Origin: a virus
Taxonomy: Duplodnaviria > Caudoviricetes
IMG/VR virus record: IMGVR_UViG_3300046323_000511
Coordinates: 1-62,007 of that record
DNA length: 62,007 nt
Direction: 5' to 3' (one strand)
Shown: in pieces, positions 9,741 through 19,392 of the stretch
How positions within the stretch are numbered: the stretch's first letter is position 1
Layout: every line of letters begins with the position of its first letter
Translations under genes and position numbers: made by a program
Notes under the pieces: generated by a model
Database searches by the model: none
What the model saw: only the letters and a program-made list of their open reading frames with translations
What the model was told of the DNA's origin: nothing

Positions 9741-10036
9741 TCCCTTGGGTGTTCTGAGTTATCTTTATGATTTTTTTCTACCGTCATCAGGAATGATGAT
9801 TGTTGGTCAAACCAATTGGTAAGTTTCTTTACAATAATGTGGCTCTTAATTTTCGCCACCCCTGATTTTTCCCGGGTTATTGCATACCCAAAATTATCAT
9901 TTGGGTACATATATACACAATCCTTGTCAAAATCGAAATAATATATCTCGTCTTCCAACAAGCCCAAATCTCCATCCATTGTTTCCTTATGGAATACAAT
10001 GTAGTCGTACCTCGGATTAATTCTAATCATACCCAT
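9716..10036 (-). CDS. Hypothetical protein
   Basis: 106-aa ORF. Confidence 0.7.
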   Translation of the reverse strand: MGMIRINPRYDYIVFHKETMDGDLGLLEDEIYYFDFDKDCVYMYPNDNFGYAITREKSGVAKIKSHIIVKKLTNWFDQQSSFLMTVEKNHKDNSEHPREWILKIKS

Positions 10037-10295
10037 TCAATTGTCTTTTTTATTTAGTCGTAAATTTTATGCAATCATAGCTATTTTTATTGTAATAAAA
10101 AAGCTAATTAACGTTTTTTATTCAATATTATTTTTTTGGCTCATATCCCTGATGTCTTGCATCACAATAGAAGCCATCTTGGATTGCCCTGATTCGGAAA
10201 ATCTAACAGCTACTTGTCTTAGTATCGCCACACTTAATGTATCCCCTGCCTTCTGTGTAAGCAGTTTTGTTTGATTGTTTTTTAGATTACTCATT

Positions 10296-10661
10296 CTATT
10301 TATTTGTTTGATTATTATTTGCCAAAAAATCCCATAATTTTTCAATACTGGATAGATTTATATTTTCTTTGGTTTCAGATACTATACACCCATCTTTATA
10401 CTTCCTGCCAAAGTCTAATTCGTAGATGAAATAATCTATAAAACTATACTCCCACGTATCAGCCATAGCCTCCTTCAGTATTTCTATCAGCATTTCTATC
10501 ATCCTGTCGTTATCGTACCTTGTCGTAAAATCATTAGGCAGAATAACCTTAAATGCCTTTGCACAAGCTCTATCGTGTTTATCTTGTGCCTGTATAGCCT
10601 CCATTATTTTAATGAAAACTTCTTTAGTTATTGGAAACAAAAATGTTTTTAATTTATCCAT
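10296..10661 (-). CDS. Hypothetical protein
   Basis: 121-aa ORF with IDYFIYELDFG motif seen in phage proteins. Confidence 0.75.
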   Translation of the reverse strand: MDKLKTFLFPITKEVFIKIMEAIQAQDKHDRACAKAFKVILPNDFTTRYDNDRMIEMLIEILKEAMADTWEYSFIDYFIYELDFGRKYKDGCIVSETKENINLSSIEKLWDFLANNNQTNK

Positions 10662-11061
10662 TTGATTGATTTGTTTTTAATTTTTGCGTTCCTCCTACCA
10701 TATAAATATTCCTTCTTATTTGAATATCTGTCCCCATCCAAAATATATCACCAAAAGGTATAAACTTTCTTGGAAACTCTAATTTACCGTCTATTGGAAT
10801 TTGCTCTAAGGTGAAAGTACCAAACTTATCCACAAATACCCTCCACTCTAAACCCAAATAAACTACAATATCGCCTTCGTATATCTCTTTCTTATTTGTA
10901 TCCACATATCCTGAATATTGACTGAGTGTGTGTTTTTCGCACAATGCTTCATTCGGCTCACTCACGATAATAATATCTCCGTTTTTTAAAAATACAAGAC
11001 TTCCATATTTTAATTTATTATCATATTTGCATACTGCTCTGAATTTAATTACTCTATCCAT
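10654..11061 (-). CDS. YopX family protein
   Basis: RVIKFRA ... SQYSGYVDTNKKEIYEGDIV signature. Confidence 0.85.
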   Translation of the reverse strand: MDRVIKFRAVCKYDNKLKYGSLVFLKNGDIIIVSEPNEALCEKHTLSQYSGYVDTNKKEIYEGDIVVYLGLEWRVFVDKFGTFTLEQIPIDGKLEFPRKFIPFGDIFWMGTDIQIRRNIYMVGGTQKLKTNQSNG

Positions 11062-11758
11062 CGTATTTATTTATTTGTTGAAAATTAATGCTTAATTGGT
11101 TTCTATATTCCAGATACTTGGCATATCTAGTTTCTTGCAGATTAAAATATTTCTCGTTTTTCTCCACACCTCTAAAGTCTAGGTTGTATCTCTCGGCTGC
11201 TATCCTGCTACTTCCACTTCCTAGGTGTGTATCCAAAACCTTCATTCCTTCTTTTATTCCGCAAACCTTATAGATGAATTCGTACAATTTAACAGGCTTT
11301 TGGTTCGGATGTATTTTTGCTTCTGCGTTTGATCCTCCCCTACTCCCTAATCTGAATATCTTGGCAGGAAAATCAAGGCTTGTCCAAATCAATTCAAACT
11401 GGCTAAAATCATCCCAAGGCTGTTTTTTATCCCAACATATTATTGCTTTTGTTGGATTCAACGGAAAGTAATTTGCACCACAAATAATTTGGTGTTTTGA
11501 AACCCTGAACATCTCCGAAAAATACTTTGCACCTGGTATCTGTTTATCCCAATTCGTATCTATTTTGTCTAGCTTTAGTTTCTGTGCTGTGGAAATTGTT
11601 TTACCTCTTTTTAGGTTTTGTCCCATTGCCATATTTGGTGAATCAATGCCGTATTCTGGATCCACCACAGCAAAGTCATAATACTTATTCGGCACAGTTG
11701 CCATATAATCCATACAATCACCTAGTATTGCCTTGGATTCATATATTACCTTTTCCAT
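11054..11758 (-). CDS. Beta-class DNA adenine/N4-cytosine methyltransferase
   Basis: GDCMDYM, VDPEYG (DPPY-like), HPNQKPVKL, VLDTHLGSGS SAM-binding motif. Confidence 0.85.
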   Translation of the reverse strand: MEKVIYESKAILGDCMDYMATVPNKYYDFAVVDPEYGIDSPNMAMGQNLKRGKTISTAQKLKLDKIDTNWDKQIPGAKYFSEMFRVSKHQIICGANYFPLNPTKAIICWDKKQPWDDFSQFELIWTSLDFPAKIFRLGSRGGSNAEAKIHPNQKPVKLYEFIYKVCGIKEGMKVLDTHLGSGSSRIAAERYNLDFRGVEKNEKYFNLQETRYAKYLEYRNQLSINFQQINKYDG

Positions 11759-13158
11759 TAAAAAGGTGATTCATTTTCCGGGTCACCCATTGATACATCT
11801 ATCCCTTTCAGATCGATATCAAAGTTACTTGCATTATCAAATTCAGTATACTCCCCACGGAACACCAAATCTACATCACCCATACTACCTGTTCTTTGCT
11901 TTGCAATAATTAATTGGGCTAAACCTGCAGTAGAATTACCAAGATTATCTTGTTTTTCTCCGTAATATTCTGGTCGGTGTATGAATATCACATTATCTGC
12001 GTCTTGTTCCAAAGATCCACTTTCCCTTAATTCCGAAAGTTGTGGCCTCTTGTCTCCTCGCTGGGTATTGGCTCTGGATATTTGTGCAAGTGAAATAATA
12101 GGTATTTTCAATTCCTTTTGAACGGCTTTCACCGTCCTCGAAATTTTACTTACCTCCTCCGCCCGGTTTATATTCGTTTTATCTCCATCCATCAACTGTA
12201 TGTAGTCCAACATTATAATCTCAACACCTTTGTCGTGAACCATTTTCCTGGCTTTAGACCTGAATTCTGCTGGATTCATAGTAGGGAAATCATCCATATA
12301 CAGGTTTGAATTGGCAAGCTCGTAGCATTTCGTATAAATATTTTTAAAGTCCTGCTCTGTGATAATTCCACGCTTCAGGTTGTCTGCTAGTATTTTGGCC
12401 TGGGAAGAAATCATCCGGGTAAATACAGAAATACTATCCATTTCTAAGGAGAATAACCCTGCCGTCCTTTTGTACTTGACACAAATATTATTCAGTAGGC
12501 TAGAAACAAAGGCACTTTTGCCCATTGCGGGCCTGGCTGCAACTATCGTTACTTCTGGGTGAAACCCTGCCGTCAGCCTGTCTAATGCCGTAAACCCAGA
12601 AGGTATTCCCGTAACACCAGATTTCTGATTTCTTGCCCTCTCTTCCAGAACTACCATTGTATTCTTAAATAGTTGGTCTGCTTTCACGAAATTTTCCGTG
12701 TAAGTCTTAGCCTCTATGTTGGTAAGTATTTTTTGATAATCATTCAATAAATCGAAACAATCATTACTATCTTCGTAAGCCTCTATATCTATCTGTTGTC
12801 CTAGTCTTATTAGCAGTCTTTTGATGGACAACTCTTGGAGTATCCTTGCGTGTTTCTCTATGTTTGCAGCAGAATTTACAAAACTTGTCAGTCTCATAAT
12901 ATTCGATCCACCTCCTGCAAGTTCTAGCATCTTTGTTTTTCGTAAATGCCTAGATACAGTTAATTGGTCAATTGGGATTTTCTCTTCATACATTTGATAC
13001 ATCGCCTCATATATGTATCTGTTTTTGTCATTATAGAAGTCTTGTGGCTTTAGCCTGGGTGCTATGATGTGCATAGCGTTTGCGTCAACAAGTATTTCAC
13101 CCAAAACAGCTTCCTCCATCTCAACGTCCTGTGGCACTTGTCTTCCTAGTTTTTTCAT
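11758..13158 (-). CDS. dnaB: Replicative DNA helicase DnaB
   Basis: AARPAMGKS Walker A, FSLEM, LDYIQL, RPQLSELRESGSLEQDAD, IAKQRTG. Confidence 0.97.
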   Translation of the reverse strand: MKKLGRQVPQDVEMEEAVLGEILVDANAMHIIAPRLKPQDFYNDKNRYIYEAMYQMYEEKIPIDQLTVSRHLRKTKMLELAGGGSNIMRLTSFVNSAANIEKHARILQELSIKRLLIRLGQQIDIEAYEDSNDCFDLLNDYQKILTNIEAKTYTENFVKADQLFKNTMVVLEERARNQKSGVTGIPSGFTALDRLTAGFHPEVTIVAARPAMGKSAFVSSLLNNICVKYKRTAGLFSLEMDSISVFTRMISSQAKILADNLKRGIITEQDFKNIYTKCYELANSNLYMDDFPTMNPAEFRSKARKMVHDKGVEIIMLDYIQLMDGDKTNINRAEEVSKISRTVKAVQKELKIPIISLAQISRANTQRGDKRPQLSELRESGSLEQDADNVIFIHRPEYYGEKQDNLGNSTAGLAQLIIAKQRTGSMGDVDLVFRGEYTEFDNASNFDIDLKGIDVSMGDPENESPF

Positions 13159-13184
13159 CGTTTATTTATTTAGTTGTTGTAGTT

Positions 13185-14753
13185 TTATTTTTTTATGTAA
13201 CTCAATATATGGCAGATTACATCTACCGTGAATCCGTTTCCTAGCATCTTGTATCGCTGGCTATCGGATACAGCCTTGGTGTAATTATCTGGGACAGTCT
13301 GCAATCTCTCGCACTCCACAGGTGTCAGTCTTCTTATCCTGTACTTTGTGTACACATTCTTTCTTTTATCGGTGTCTAGTGCCGTCATAAGACCGTTCTC
13401 GTGAAAAACCCTGTTATGTTGGTACGGCTGTTTCCCTCCGCTTTCCTTAGATAAACTCAACTGCTTAACCTTTATTATTTTTTCCAGTTTAAAGTATGCG
13501 TTAACTTTAGCCATCACGGCATTAGATTTATATTCCAATAAACGACCCCTTCTTGTTTTGCTTTTTGGGTAACTCATATCGAAACACTCGCCTTCTTTAA
13601 CTTCTGTATACCCTTTTTTTGTAGCTTCTGGAATTAGTAATACCAGATTATCCTTTTCAACACTTGTAATTGTATTACTCTTTCCATCGTTTCTAGGCTC
13701 TAATCTCTGTTTTATTTTTCCAAGTGCCTTATCAAACCTGCCTCTGGAAGCAATAATCATAGGCAGTCCATATTTATCTTCTCTTGCCCTCGCTAATAAT
13801 GCTGGACTTTTCCCGTCTTTCCTAAACCTAAATCCCTCATCACCCCTGTAATCTATTCCATTTGCATTCTTGAAATTGGCTTCAAGGTCTACATCTTTTT
13901 GCTTTTGCTTGTCCATATTTCCTTCAGCTATCAATGTCATATCCGAATGGAGACCACCTGAATTACCACCTACGGTTAAGGTTCTAGCCTTATCCTGGTT
14001 GGTGGATAATGAAAGGTCTGTGTCAAGCACGAAATTATCTGAAATATCAATACTCTTTGAACTGGCTGTAATCGTGCTGGCTTTCCCGTCAATGTCTCTA
14101 ATATTTACTTTACCATTATTAAAGTTTGCGGCACGGTTACCAAAATATTCAAGCATATTGATACTTAGGAAATATTTATTATTCACTTCTTTTTCAAGTA
14201 TATCTTTCAAAACTATTTTTTTATTTTCTGGCTGTTTAATGATAGATTGTGGTTCTCCAAACAATCCCCCTGCCTCCATCCCTATATTAGTCCAATATAA
14301 CCGTTTCCTATTTTGGGCAGAAACCAATCTGGAATTAATACAGATAGGGTTTACACCTAGTAATTTGGAAATAATATCTACCCATTCTTGTTTCATATAC
14401 ACATTTTCTAGCAGGAAGTATCTAGGCTTCAATTCGTTTTTAAGCCTCACAAACTCGAAAAACAGTTTACTCCTCTCATCATCGAAATTCAGCATTTTCC
14501 CTGCGATACTGAATCCTTGGCAGGGACTACCCCCCACAAGTATATCAATTTTTGGTAATTGAGATGCAACGATCTTGGTTACGTCTCCTAATTGTACCGT
14601 ATCTGGGTAATTATCTGTCGCCACTTTTATTCCGTACTTATCAATCTCGCTTGCATAGTACGTATCGTATTTTATTCCTAGCCTATTAAGTGCTATCTGG
14701 AAGCAACTCATTCCATCAAACAAGGAAAGTATGTTGTAATTATTATTCTCCAT
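13185..14753 (-). CDS. DNA (cytosine-5) methyltransferase with very long variable region
   Basis: LSLFDG, GGSPCQGFS, LLENV, QNRKRLY, RRLTPVECERLQ, YKMLGNG motifs. Confidence 0.95.
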   Translation of the reverse strand: MENNNYNILSLFDGMSCFQIALNRLGIKYDTYYASEIDKYGIKVATDNYPDTVQLGDVTKIVASQLPKIDILVGGSPCQGFSIAGKMLNFDDERSKLFFEFVRLKNELKPRYFLLENVYMKQEWVDIISKLLGVNPICINSRLVSAQNRKRLYWTNIGMEAGGLFGEPQSIIKQPENKKIVLKDILEKEVNNKYFLSINMLEYFGNRAANFNNGKVNIRDIDGKASTITASSKSIDISDNFVLDTDLSLSTNQDKARTLTVGGNSGGLHSDMTLIAEGNMDKQKQKDVDLEANFKNANGIDYRGDEGFRFRKDGKSPALLARAREDKYGLPMIIASRGRFDKALGKIKQRLEPRNDGKSNTITSVEKDNLVLLIPEATKKGYTEVKEGECFDMSYPKSKTRRGRLLEYKSNAVMAKVNAYFKLEKIIKVKQLSLSKESGGKQPYQHNRVFHENGLMTALDTDKRKNVYTKYRIRRLTPVECERLQTVPDNYTKAVSDSQRYKMLGNGFTVDVICHILSYIKK

Positions 14754-15753
14754 TTATTTTTTTAGTCAATTCCATACCTATTTTCATTATATCGTTTTTC
14801 AAATCACTATCCCCTATTTTAACAGCCTCGTTATAGTCCAGTACCAAATCATCTTTTATAGTGTTTAGGATTGCTATATTCACATTTTCTTCTTTGAGTG
14901 CGTTTTCAATATTCACCTTATGGGTTGCCACTTTATTTTTTAATACCCTGTTTTTATCCAAGACCTTGCCATTTTCCAATAACCACTTGGTGTATTTTTC
15001 AGCCGTACTCTCAAATTCAATGTTGCGCCAAGGTTTTTCGGATGCCTCGTCAAGTAATATAATAGCAAATTCCTCCTTATATTTTCGCAATATATTAAAT
15101 CTTTTAGTGATAAACCTCTCATCCACTTTGTATTTCTTGGCAGCAATGTTTGATAGGTAATTGATAAGCGCCTCTTGAAATTCCTCGCTTTGGAATGGTG
15201 GGATTGTCTTTTCTTTTCTTGATAAAGAAGAAAAAAAATCCCTGTCTTTTATTGTTATTATTGTATATATAGTAGAAACTTCCAAATTGGAAGTTTGCCC
15301 CCCCCTAACTTCCAATTTGGGTTTTTGGCTCATTATCAAGCCACTATCCAAATTGGAAGTTTGCTTGCGAATTAAGAAATTATTTGCGTGGTTTTGGTAG
15401 TTTGAGACAATTTCGTGGCTCTCGATTACCTGGTTTAATTTGTCCCAATATATCTTGTAGTGCATTACACTAGCCTCCGAACTGGCTCTGGCTGGCTTTT
15501 TCCGTATTACCGAGAGTATCCCCATTTTAACCATTAAATCGGCTATCCTTCGCACCTTTTTATCATTCAATCCCGTCTCTGCGTATAATTCTCCGTATTC
15601 TTTCCAGATATATCCCTCCTTGTCATCCCCTTTCCCTTCCCATCTCATCATATTGGAAATAAATAGTCCTATCTGCATGTCCTTAAAGATAATACTGAAT
15701 ATGGGATAGTACGGGTATGGCTTGGCAAGCCTGAGTGCATTTATGATTTGCAT
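14743..15753 (-). CDS. Putative replication initiator (lambda O/DnaD-like wHTH)
   Basis: WIWK-like YIWKEYGELYAETGL wHTH; upstream of dnaB; internal iteron-like repeats. Confidence 0.65.
   Translation of the reverse strand: MQIINALRLAKPYPYYPIFSIIFKDMQIGLFISNMMRWEGKGDDKEGYIWKEYGELYAETGLNDKKVRRIADLMVKMGILSVIRKKPARASSEASVMHYKIYWDKLNQVIESHEIVSNYQNHANNFLIRKQTSNLDSGLIMSQKPKLEVRGGQTSNLEVSTIYTIITIKDRDFFSSLSRKEKTIPPFQSEEFQEALINYLSNIAAKKYKVDERFITKRFNILRKYKEEFAIILLDEASEKPWRNIEFESTAEKYTKWLLENGKVLDKNRVLKNKVATHKVNIENALKEENVNIAILNTIKDDLVLDYNEAVKIGDSDLKNDIMKIGMELTKKINGE
15276..15362. promoter_or_regulatory. Putative replication origin iterons inside the initiator gene
   Basis: AAACTTCCAAATTGGAAGTTT (15276-15296), AACTTCCAATTTGG (15307-15320), TCCAAATTGGAAGTTT (15347-15362); adjacent AT-rich tract. 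Confidence 0.6.
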
Positions 15754-16015
15754 TGAATTATTTATAAGTTTTTATAAGGTATATTTTAATTCAACAATAA
15801 AAAAATGTTTTTATTGTTTTTATTTTATTTAGTTTTGAAAGAATGGAAGGGTAGAAAGATACACTCTAGCGTTTTTTGATTCCATAGTTAACTTGTTTTT
15901 AATAAGTATTATTTTCCTGCAATCTAAATGTATTTTGCTAACATTAGTATTTCTTTTATCTACAATAAAAGTGATTTCCATTAAAACACCTGTTTTACAT
16001 CCGTCCATAATTATT

Positions 16016-16267
16016 TTATATTTTGAGATAGTTAGAACCTTTTCTGTGTGCCTCGCATATTTCATTGATGTATTTTACATACAAAAGATTATGGTTATGC
16101 CCTGTGTATGTGTTCCATAATCTGTGATATATTTTATCTCTCTCTATTTTTCCTAGTGATGAGAAATGCTTTAGTATAATGCTCTGTCTCCATTTATAAG
16201 GAAGTTTACCGTATATAGAGATGGCCCATTCTTTGTACTCCTTGTATTTAATTTCCTTGTCTGTCAT
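16016..16267 (-). CDS. Hypothetical protein
   Basis: 83-aa ORF, ATGA-coupled. Confidence 0.65.
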   Translation of the reverse strand: MTDKEIKYKEYKEWAISIYGKLPYKWRQSIILKHFSSLGKIERDKIYHRLWNTYTGHNHNLLYVKYINEICEAHRKGSNYLKI

Positions 16268-16623
16268 ATAACTTCGTTTATTTTCGTTGTTGGGTTGTAT
16301 CTGTACCGCCTCCCTGCCATAAAAGCAAGAATGTCTTCTCGCTTGTATTTGTAATTTGCTTTACCGATATTGTGGCAGGGTATCTGCCTTTTGTTCCCAC
16401 TAATGTACAAATGTTTTTTTAATTCGGTGGGATTTTTGTTCACAATAAATTTTGATTGTTCCACATTTGCAGTTGTGCAATTCAATATTTTAGCTACCTG
16501 TGCCACATTCATTGTATCGTGTTGGTAGTTGTTTTTAAATGTTTCTAGAAACAAATTTAGTGTTTCTTTAAGTTCTAGAACCATATCTATTAGTTCCGGG
16601 AGCTTGTCTTTTTGGTTCTCCAT
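16264..16623 (-). CDS. Excisionase-like (HTH_17/MerR-like) DNA-binding protein
   Basis: TMNVAQVAKILNCT ... IPCHNIG..YKYKREDILAFM. Confidence 0.55.
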   Translation of the reverse strand: MENQKDKLPELIDMVLELKETLNLFLETFKNNYQHDTMNVAQVAKILNCTTANVEQSKFIVNKNPTELKKHLYISGNKRQIPCHNIGKANYKYKREDILAFMAGRRYRYNPTTKINEVI

Positions 16624-16865
16624 TATCTTTCGTTGTTGTGTGTGAATAAATATTTTTCCTCTCTCCTCCTCTTCTCCGTCCCTTTCCTGTATTGTATAAT
16701 GAACCTTTTATGCTCATCGGAAGTGTCTCTAATCTTCCTGAGTATCCTTGTGGTGTCGAACCCGGGATGGGTTACAAAGTCCTTATTGAATACCTTGATT
16801 GCACTCTCCTTGTATTCCGCCATCAGAGATTCCATAATCTTGATAAACTGCTCGTGTTGTCTCAT
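16623..16865 (-). CDS. Hypothetical protein
   Basis: 80-aa ORF, coupled. Confidence 0.65.
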   Translation of the reverse strand: MRQHEQFIKIMESLMAEYKESAIKVFNKDFVTHPGFDTTRILRKIRDTSDEHKRFIIQYRKGTEKRRREEKYLFTHNNER

Positions 16866-16866
16866 T

Positions 16867-17508
16867 TTAGTTTTCTATTTTGGCGACAATATCAATATGC
16901 TGCCGCATGATGTAATAAATATTACCTTCGATTTTACGTGGAAAATCGCTTGCCGTGGTATACAGTACAATATCCCCTACGGATAATTCTTTCTTTTGGT
17001 TTTTCAAAGGTGTTCCTATGTGTGTAACTTTTGCCAAGCCGGATCCAGATGGATATTTAATCGGTTTTGCCTCGCTATCCCAATCTAATATTATTCCCCT
17101 GGAACTCATATTTGTTTCCCGTAAAACCGGGATACAGAAGCACTTCCCCCCTATCGGGATAATATTGCCATTCCTTACCACACAGTAGATAGCTTCGTAT
17201 GGCACTCTGAATATGCTCCCCTTCAGTAAGTTTTCTTCCGTACACGTATTGTGGTGAAAGTAGATTTTATCCCCTACCTGTACCTCCTCCACAATATCGG
17301 ATAGCTTGTCTTCGATATAGAGTTCTCGATCACCTGTTAGGTATCTAGGTATTCCTTTCACAGTTCCAAATATACGGCTGTAATATCCCGGGTTAAAATC
17401 CGTGTCTATCTGTAGCGATATACCGTTTGTTAGTGTATGGCTGTCCTCTTTGATTTTTTCAACTTCCACTATACAGAAGTTGTTTATCGGTGTGTATTCC
17501 TGTTTCAT
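16867..17508 (-). CDS. GroES-like co-chaperonin (tandem domains)
   Basis: Two GroES-like halves: TPINNFCIVEV..EVQVGDKIYF and PIGGKCFCIPV..GII..LSVGDIVLY..IEGNIYYIMR. Confidence 0.7.
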   Translation of the reverse strand: MKQEYTPINNFCIVEVEKIKEDSHTLTNGISLQIDTDFNPGYYSRIFGTVKGIPRYLTGDRELYIEDKLSDIVEEVQVGDKIYFHHNTCTEENLLKGSIFRVPYEAIYCVVRNGNIIPIGGKCFCIPVLRETNMSSRGIILDWDSEAKPIKYPSGSGLAKVTHIGTPLKNQKKELSVGDIVLYTTASDFPRKIEGNIYYIMRQHIDIVAKIEN

Positions 17509-17678
17509 TTGATTGTTAATATATTTTTTCCTAGTTTTCTTAATCTTTCCAATTCCTTGTTAAGCACATAATTTGAGCCTGTACGCCTAGCCTTAACCAC
17601 AATAAATATCCTTTTACTGAGTAGTCTTTGGAAAATAATTTCCCTTGCCTCGCTATCTGTAAGTGGTTTGGCTGCCAT
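17505..17678 (-). CDS. Small basic protein (MAAKPLT paralog 1)
   Basis: ATG at 17678 within the listed ORF; 5' end duplicated at 18568-18594. Confidence 0.55.
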   Translation of the reverse strand: MAAKPLTDSEAREIIFQRLLSKRIFIVVKARRTGSNYVLNKELERLRKLGKNILTIK

Positions 17679-17975
17679 AATTGTTATCTTAAAAATGTAA
17701 TTTTTTTTACTTTTTCTGTTGCATTCCCCCAAGAAGCACCTAGACGGATATACCAAGTCATTGATTTGCTAACTTTTGGGAAAGAGTAATGCCAATTATC
17801 TTTAATATCTCTTACTCCTAAATATTGAGGGTGGCCTTTACTTCCATTTCAAAGCCGTCCTCAAATTTAATAAGATAAAATGCCTCGGTGTTAAAAACAT
17901 CGCACATTGGTATATTTTGTATATGCCTTGATTTTCTTAATTCTTTGAAATGTTCCTCCAATGATGTTATTTCAT

Positions 17976-18296
17976 TCATTTTATTCCCAATAGTTTTTTA
18001 AGTCTTGTGAAAAGTGTATTTTTTTGTGGATCTTCTTCTGGGAATTTAAAATCTTCCAAAGGAATGCCGGGTGCTATATGGGGTATTCTTTGTATTTCAA
18101 ATCCTGGCATTCTGAAATATTCTATATACTTTTTTGGGCTTATATTATGACATTTTTCAAACTCTTCAAAGTATATTTTTGCTAATTCCTCTTCTTCGGT
18201 ATCCCTAAGTATTAAGACACTTTTCTTGGGTATTTCTTTAAGAAGATGCTCTATCGCCTTGCGCAAATCTTCTAGGTTTTTTGTCTGTTTTCGCAT
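17976..18296 (-). CDS. Hypothetical protein
   Basis: 106-aa ORF. Confidence 0.65.
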   Translation of the reverse strand: MRKQTKNLEDLRKAIEHLLKEIPKKSVLILRDTEEEELAKIYFEEFEKCHNISPKKYIEYFRMPGFEIQRIPHIAPGIPLEDFKFPEEDPQKNTLFTRLKKLLGIK

Positions 18297-18508
18297 TTTG
18301 TTTTATTTATGTAATTTATAGCTTTGTATTCCGCGCAAAATTCCTTTATCACTTCCTTTGCTTTTTCTGTTTCTGCCTGTTTTTCTTCATCTGTCTTGTG
18401 TAATTCCCAAAAATTTAATACGCAGTAGTTGTAATCTATTTTTGTATTGTACAAATTATATAGCTTTTTATTTGCTACTTTGTTTGGGGGTATTTTTTGT
18501 TGTGCCAT
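18272..18508 (-). CDS. Hypothetical protein
   Basis: 78-aa ORF. Confidence 0.6.
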   Translation of the reverse strand: MAQQKIPPNKVANKKLYNLYNTKIDYNYCVLNFWELHKTDEEKQAETEKAKEVIKEFCAEYKAINYINKTKCENRQKT

Positions 18509-18590
18509 TGTGTGATTTTGTAAAATTACTAAACAGTCTATCCATAATCCTTGTTATTATCTGAGCTTCTGTAAGTGGTTTGGCTGCCAT
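18468..18590 (-). CDS. 40-aa ORF (MAAKPLT paralog 2)
   Basis: Manual translation MAAKPLTEAQIITRIMDRLFSNF... Confidence 0.45.
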   Translation of the reverse strand: MAAKPLTEAQIITRIMDRLFSNFTKSHNGTTKNTPKQSSK

Positions 18591-18594
18591 AATT

Positions 18595-18828
18595 TTAAAT
18601 TCCCATTACTCTTTGAATCTCGTTTATCTTTTGATTTTTCCCGGCTTCGTGTATATGTTTAATTACATCTGACCATCTGTGGAAATTTGAAACATTAATA
18701 TCACTCCATCCTATCAATTCGTAGGTAGAGAAATATTTGTGTTTAAATCCTAAATTAATTAGTGCATCAACCAAGTTTTTTTGGAATATTGTGAGTTTTT
18801 GGTATAGTGCCAACTCGTCTTCGTTCAT
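18595..18828 (-). CDS. Hypothetical protein
   Basis: 77-aa ORF. Confidence 0.65.
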   Translation of the reverse strand: MNEDELALYQKLTIFQKNLVDALINLGFKHKYFSTYELIGWSDINVSNFHRWSDVIKHIHEAGKNQKINEIQRVMGI

Positions 18829-18836
18829 AAATTTAT

Positions 18837-19124
18837 TTAAAATAGTAAAACATCAAAATTTTCTAGGCTTTTTCTTATTGAATCAGTAAGGTATTCTTCT
18901 GCGGAAGTCTCTATCTCGCTAATCAATTCAATTAATATATGGACCGATCCGTATTCCCAGGGAGCGTGAATTTTTATGTGATTGAGCTTCGCTTTGTAAT
19001 TTTCTAGTAGCTTTAAAACATCATCTAGTGTTGCCGGGTAACAAAATATCTCAGTTGGTATGCTCATTTTGCTCTTAGTTTTCTGCAATGCGTAACTTGC
19101 TCTATCATCATAGAGCCTTCCCAC
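18837..19124 (-). CDS. Hypothetical protein (start uncertain)
   Basis: 95-aa ORF; internal Met at 19067 would be coupled to the upstream stop. Confidence 0.55.
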   Translation of the reverse strand: MGRLYDDRASYALQKTKSKMSIPTEIFCYPATLDDVLKLLENYKAKLNHIKIHAPWEYGSVHILIELISEIETSAEEYLTDSIRKSLENFDVLLF

Positions 19125-19333
19125 TCAACCATTACACTCTTGAATGATCCATACTCAAATTCATTGGATACACATATTCCTGTATATCTACTGCCATATC
19201 GCTTAACACGTACTTTGTTCCCCTCCTGCAATCTTAATTCCTGCTCCATTGGTATTTTAGTCATCTTAGGCATATTAGCCCAATCAATATTATTGCACCT
19301 ATGTAAAATGGCTCGTTTCCTTGTTTTTCGCAC
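19064..19333 (-). CDS. Hypothetical protein, first gene of the leftward operon
   Basis: 89-aa ORF downstream of TACATTTG -7 box. Confidence 0.6.
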   Translation of the reverse strand: MRKTRKRAILHRCNNIDWANMPKMTKIPMEQELRLQEGNKVRVKRYGSRYTGICVSNEFEYGSFKSVMVEWEGSMMIEQVTHCRKLRAK

Positions 19334-19384
19334 ATAATCTTTGTTTTTAGTTGTATTTATTACTAATATAGTTAATTACAAGCC

Positions 19385-19392
19385 CAAATGTA
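19385..19392 (-). promoter_or_regulatory. Bacteroidota primary-sigma -7 box (TACATTTG) for the leftward operon
   Basis: TAnnTTTG consensus; similar boxes near 3146, 32185, 35399, 35599, 53926, 61344 (-) and 3269 (+). Confidence 0.6.

Noticed and set aside
17705-17979. Possible frameshifted gene (53-aa ORF followed by an open alternative frame)
   Set aside because: No slippery site or recognisable homology; cannot be distinguished from chance.
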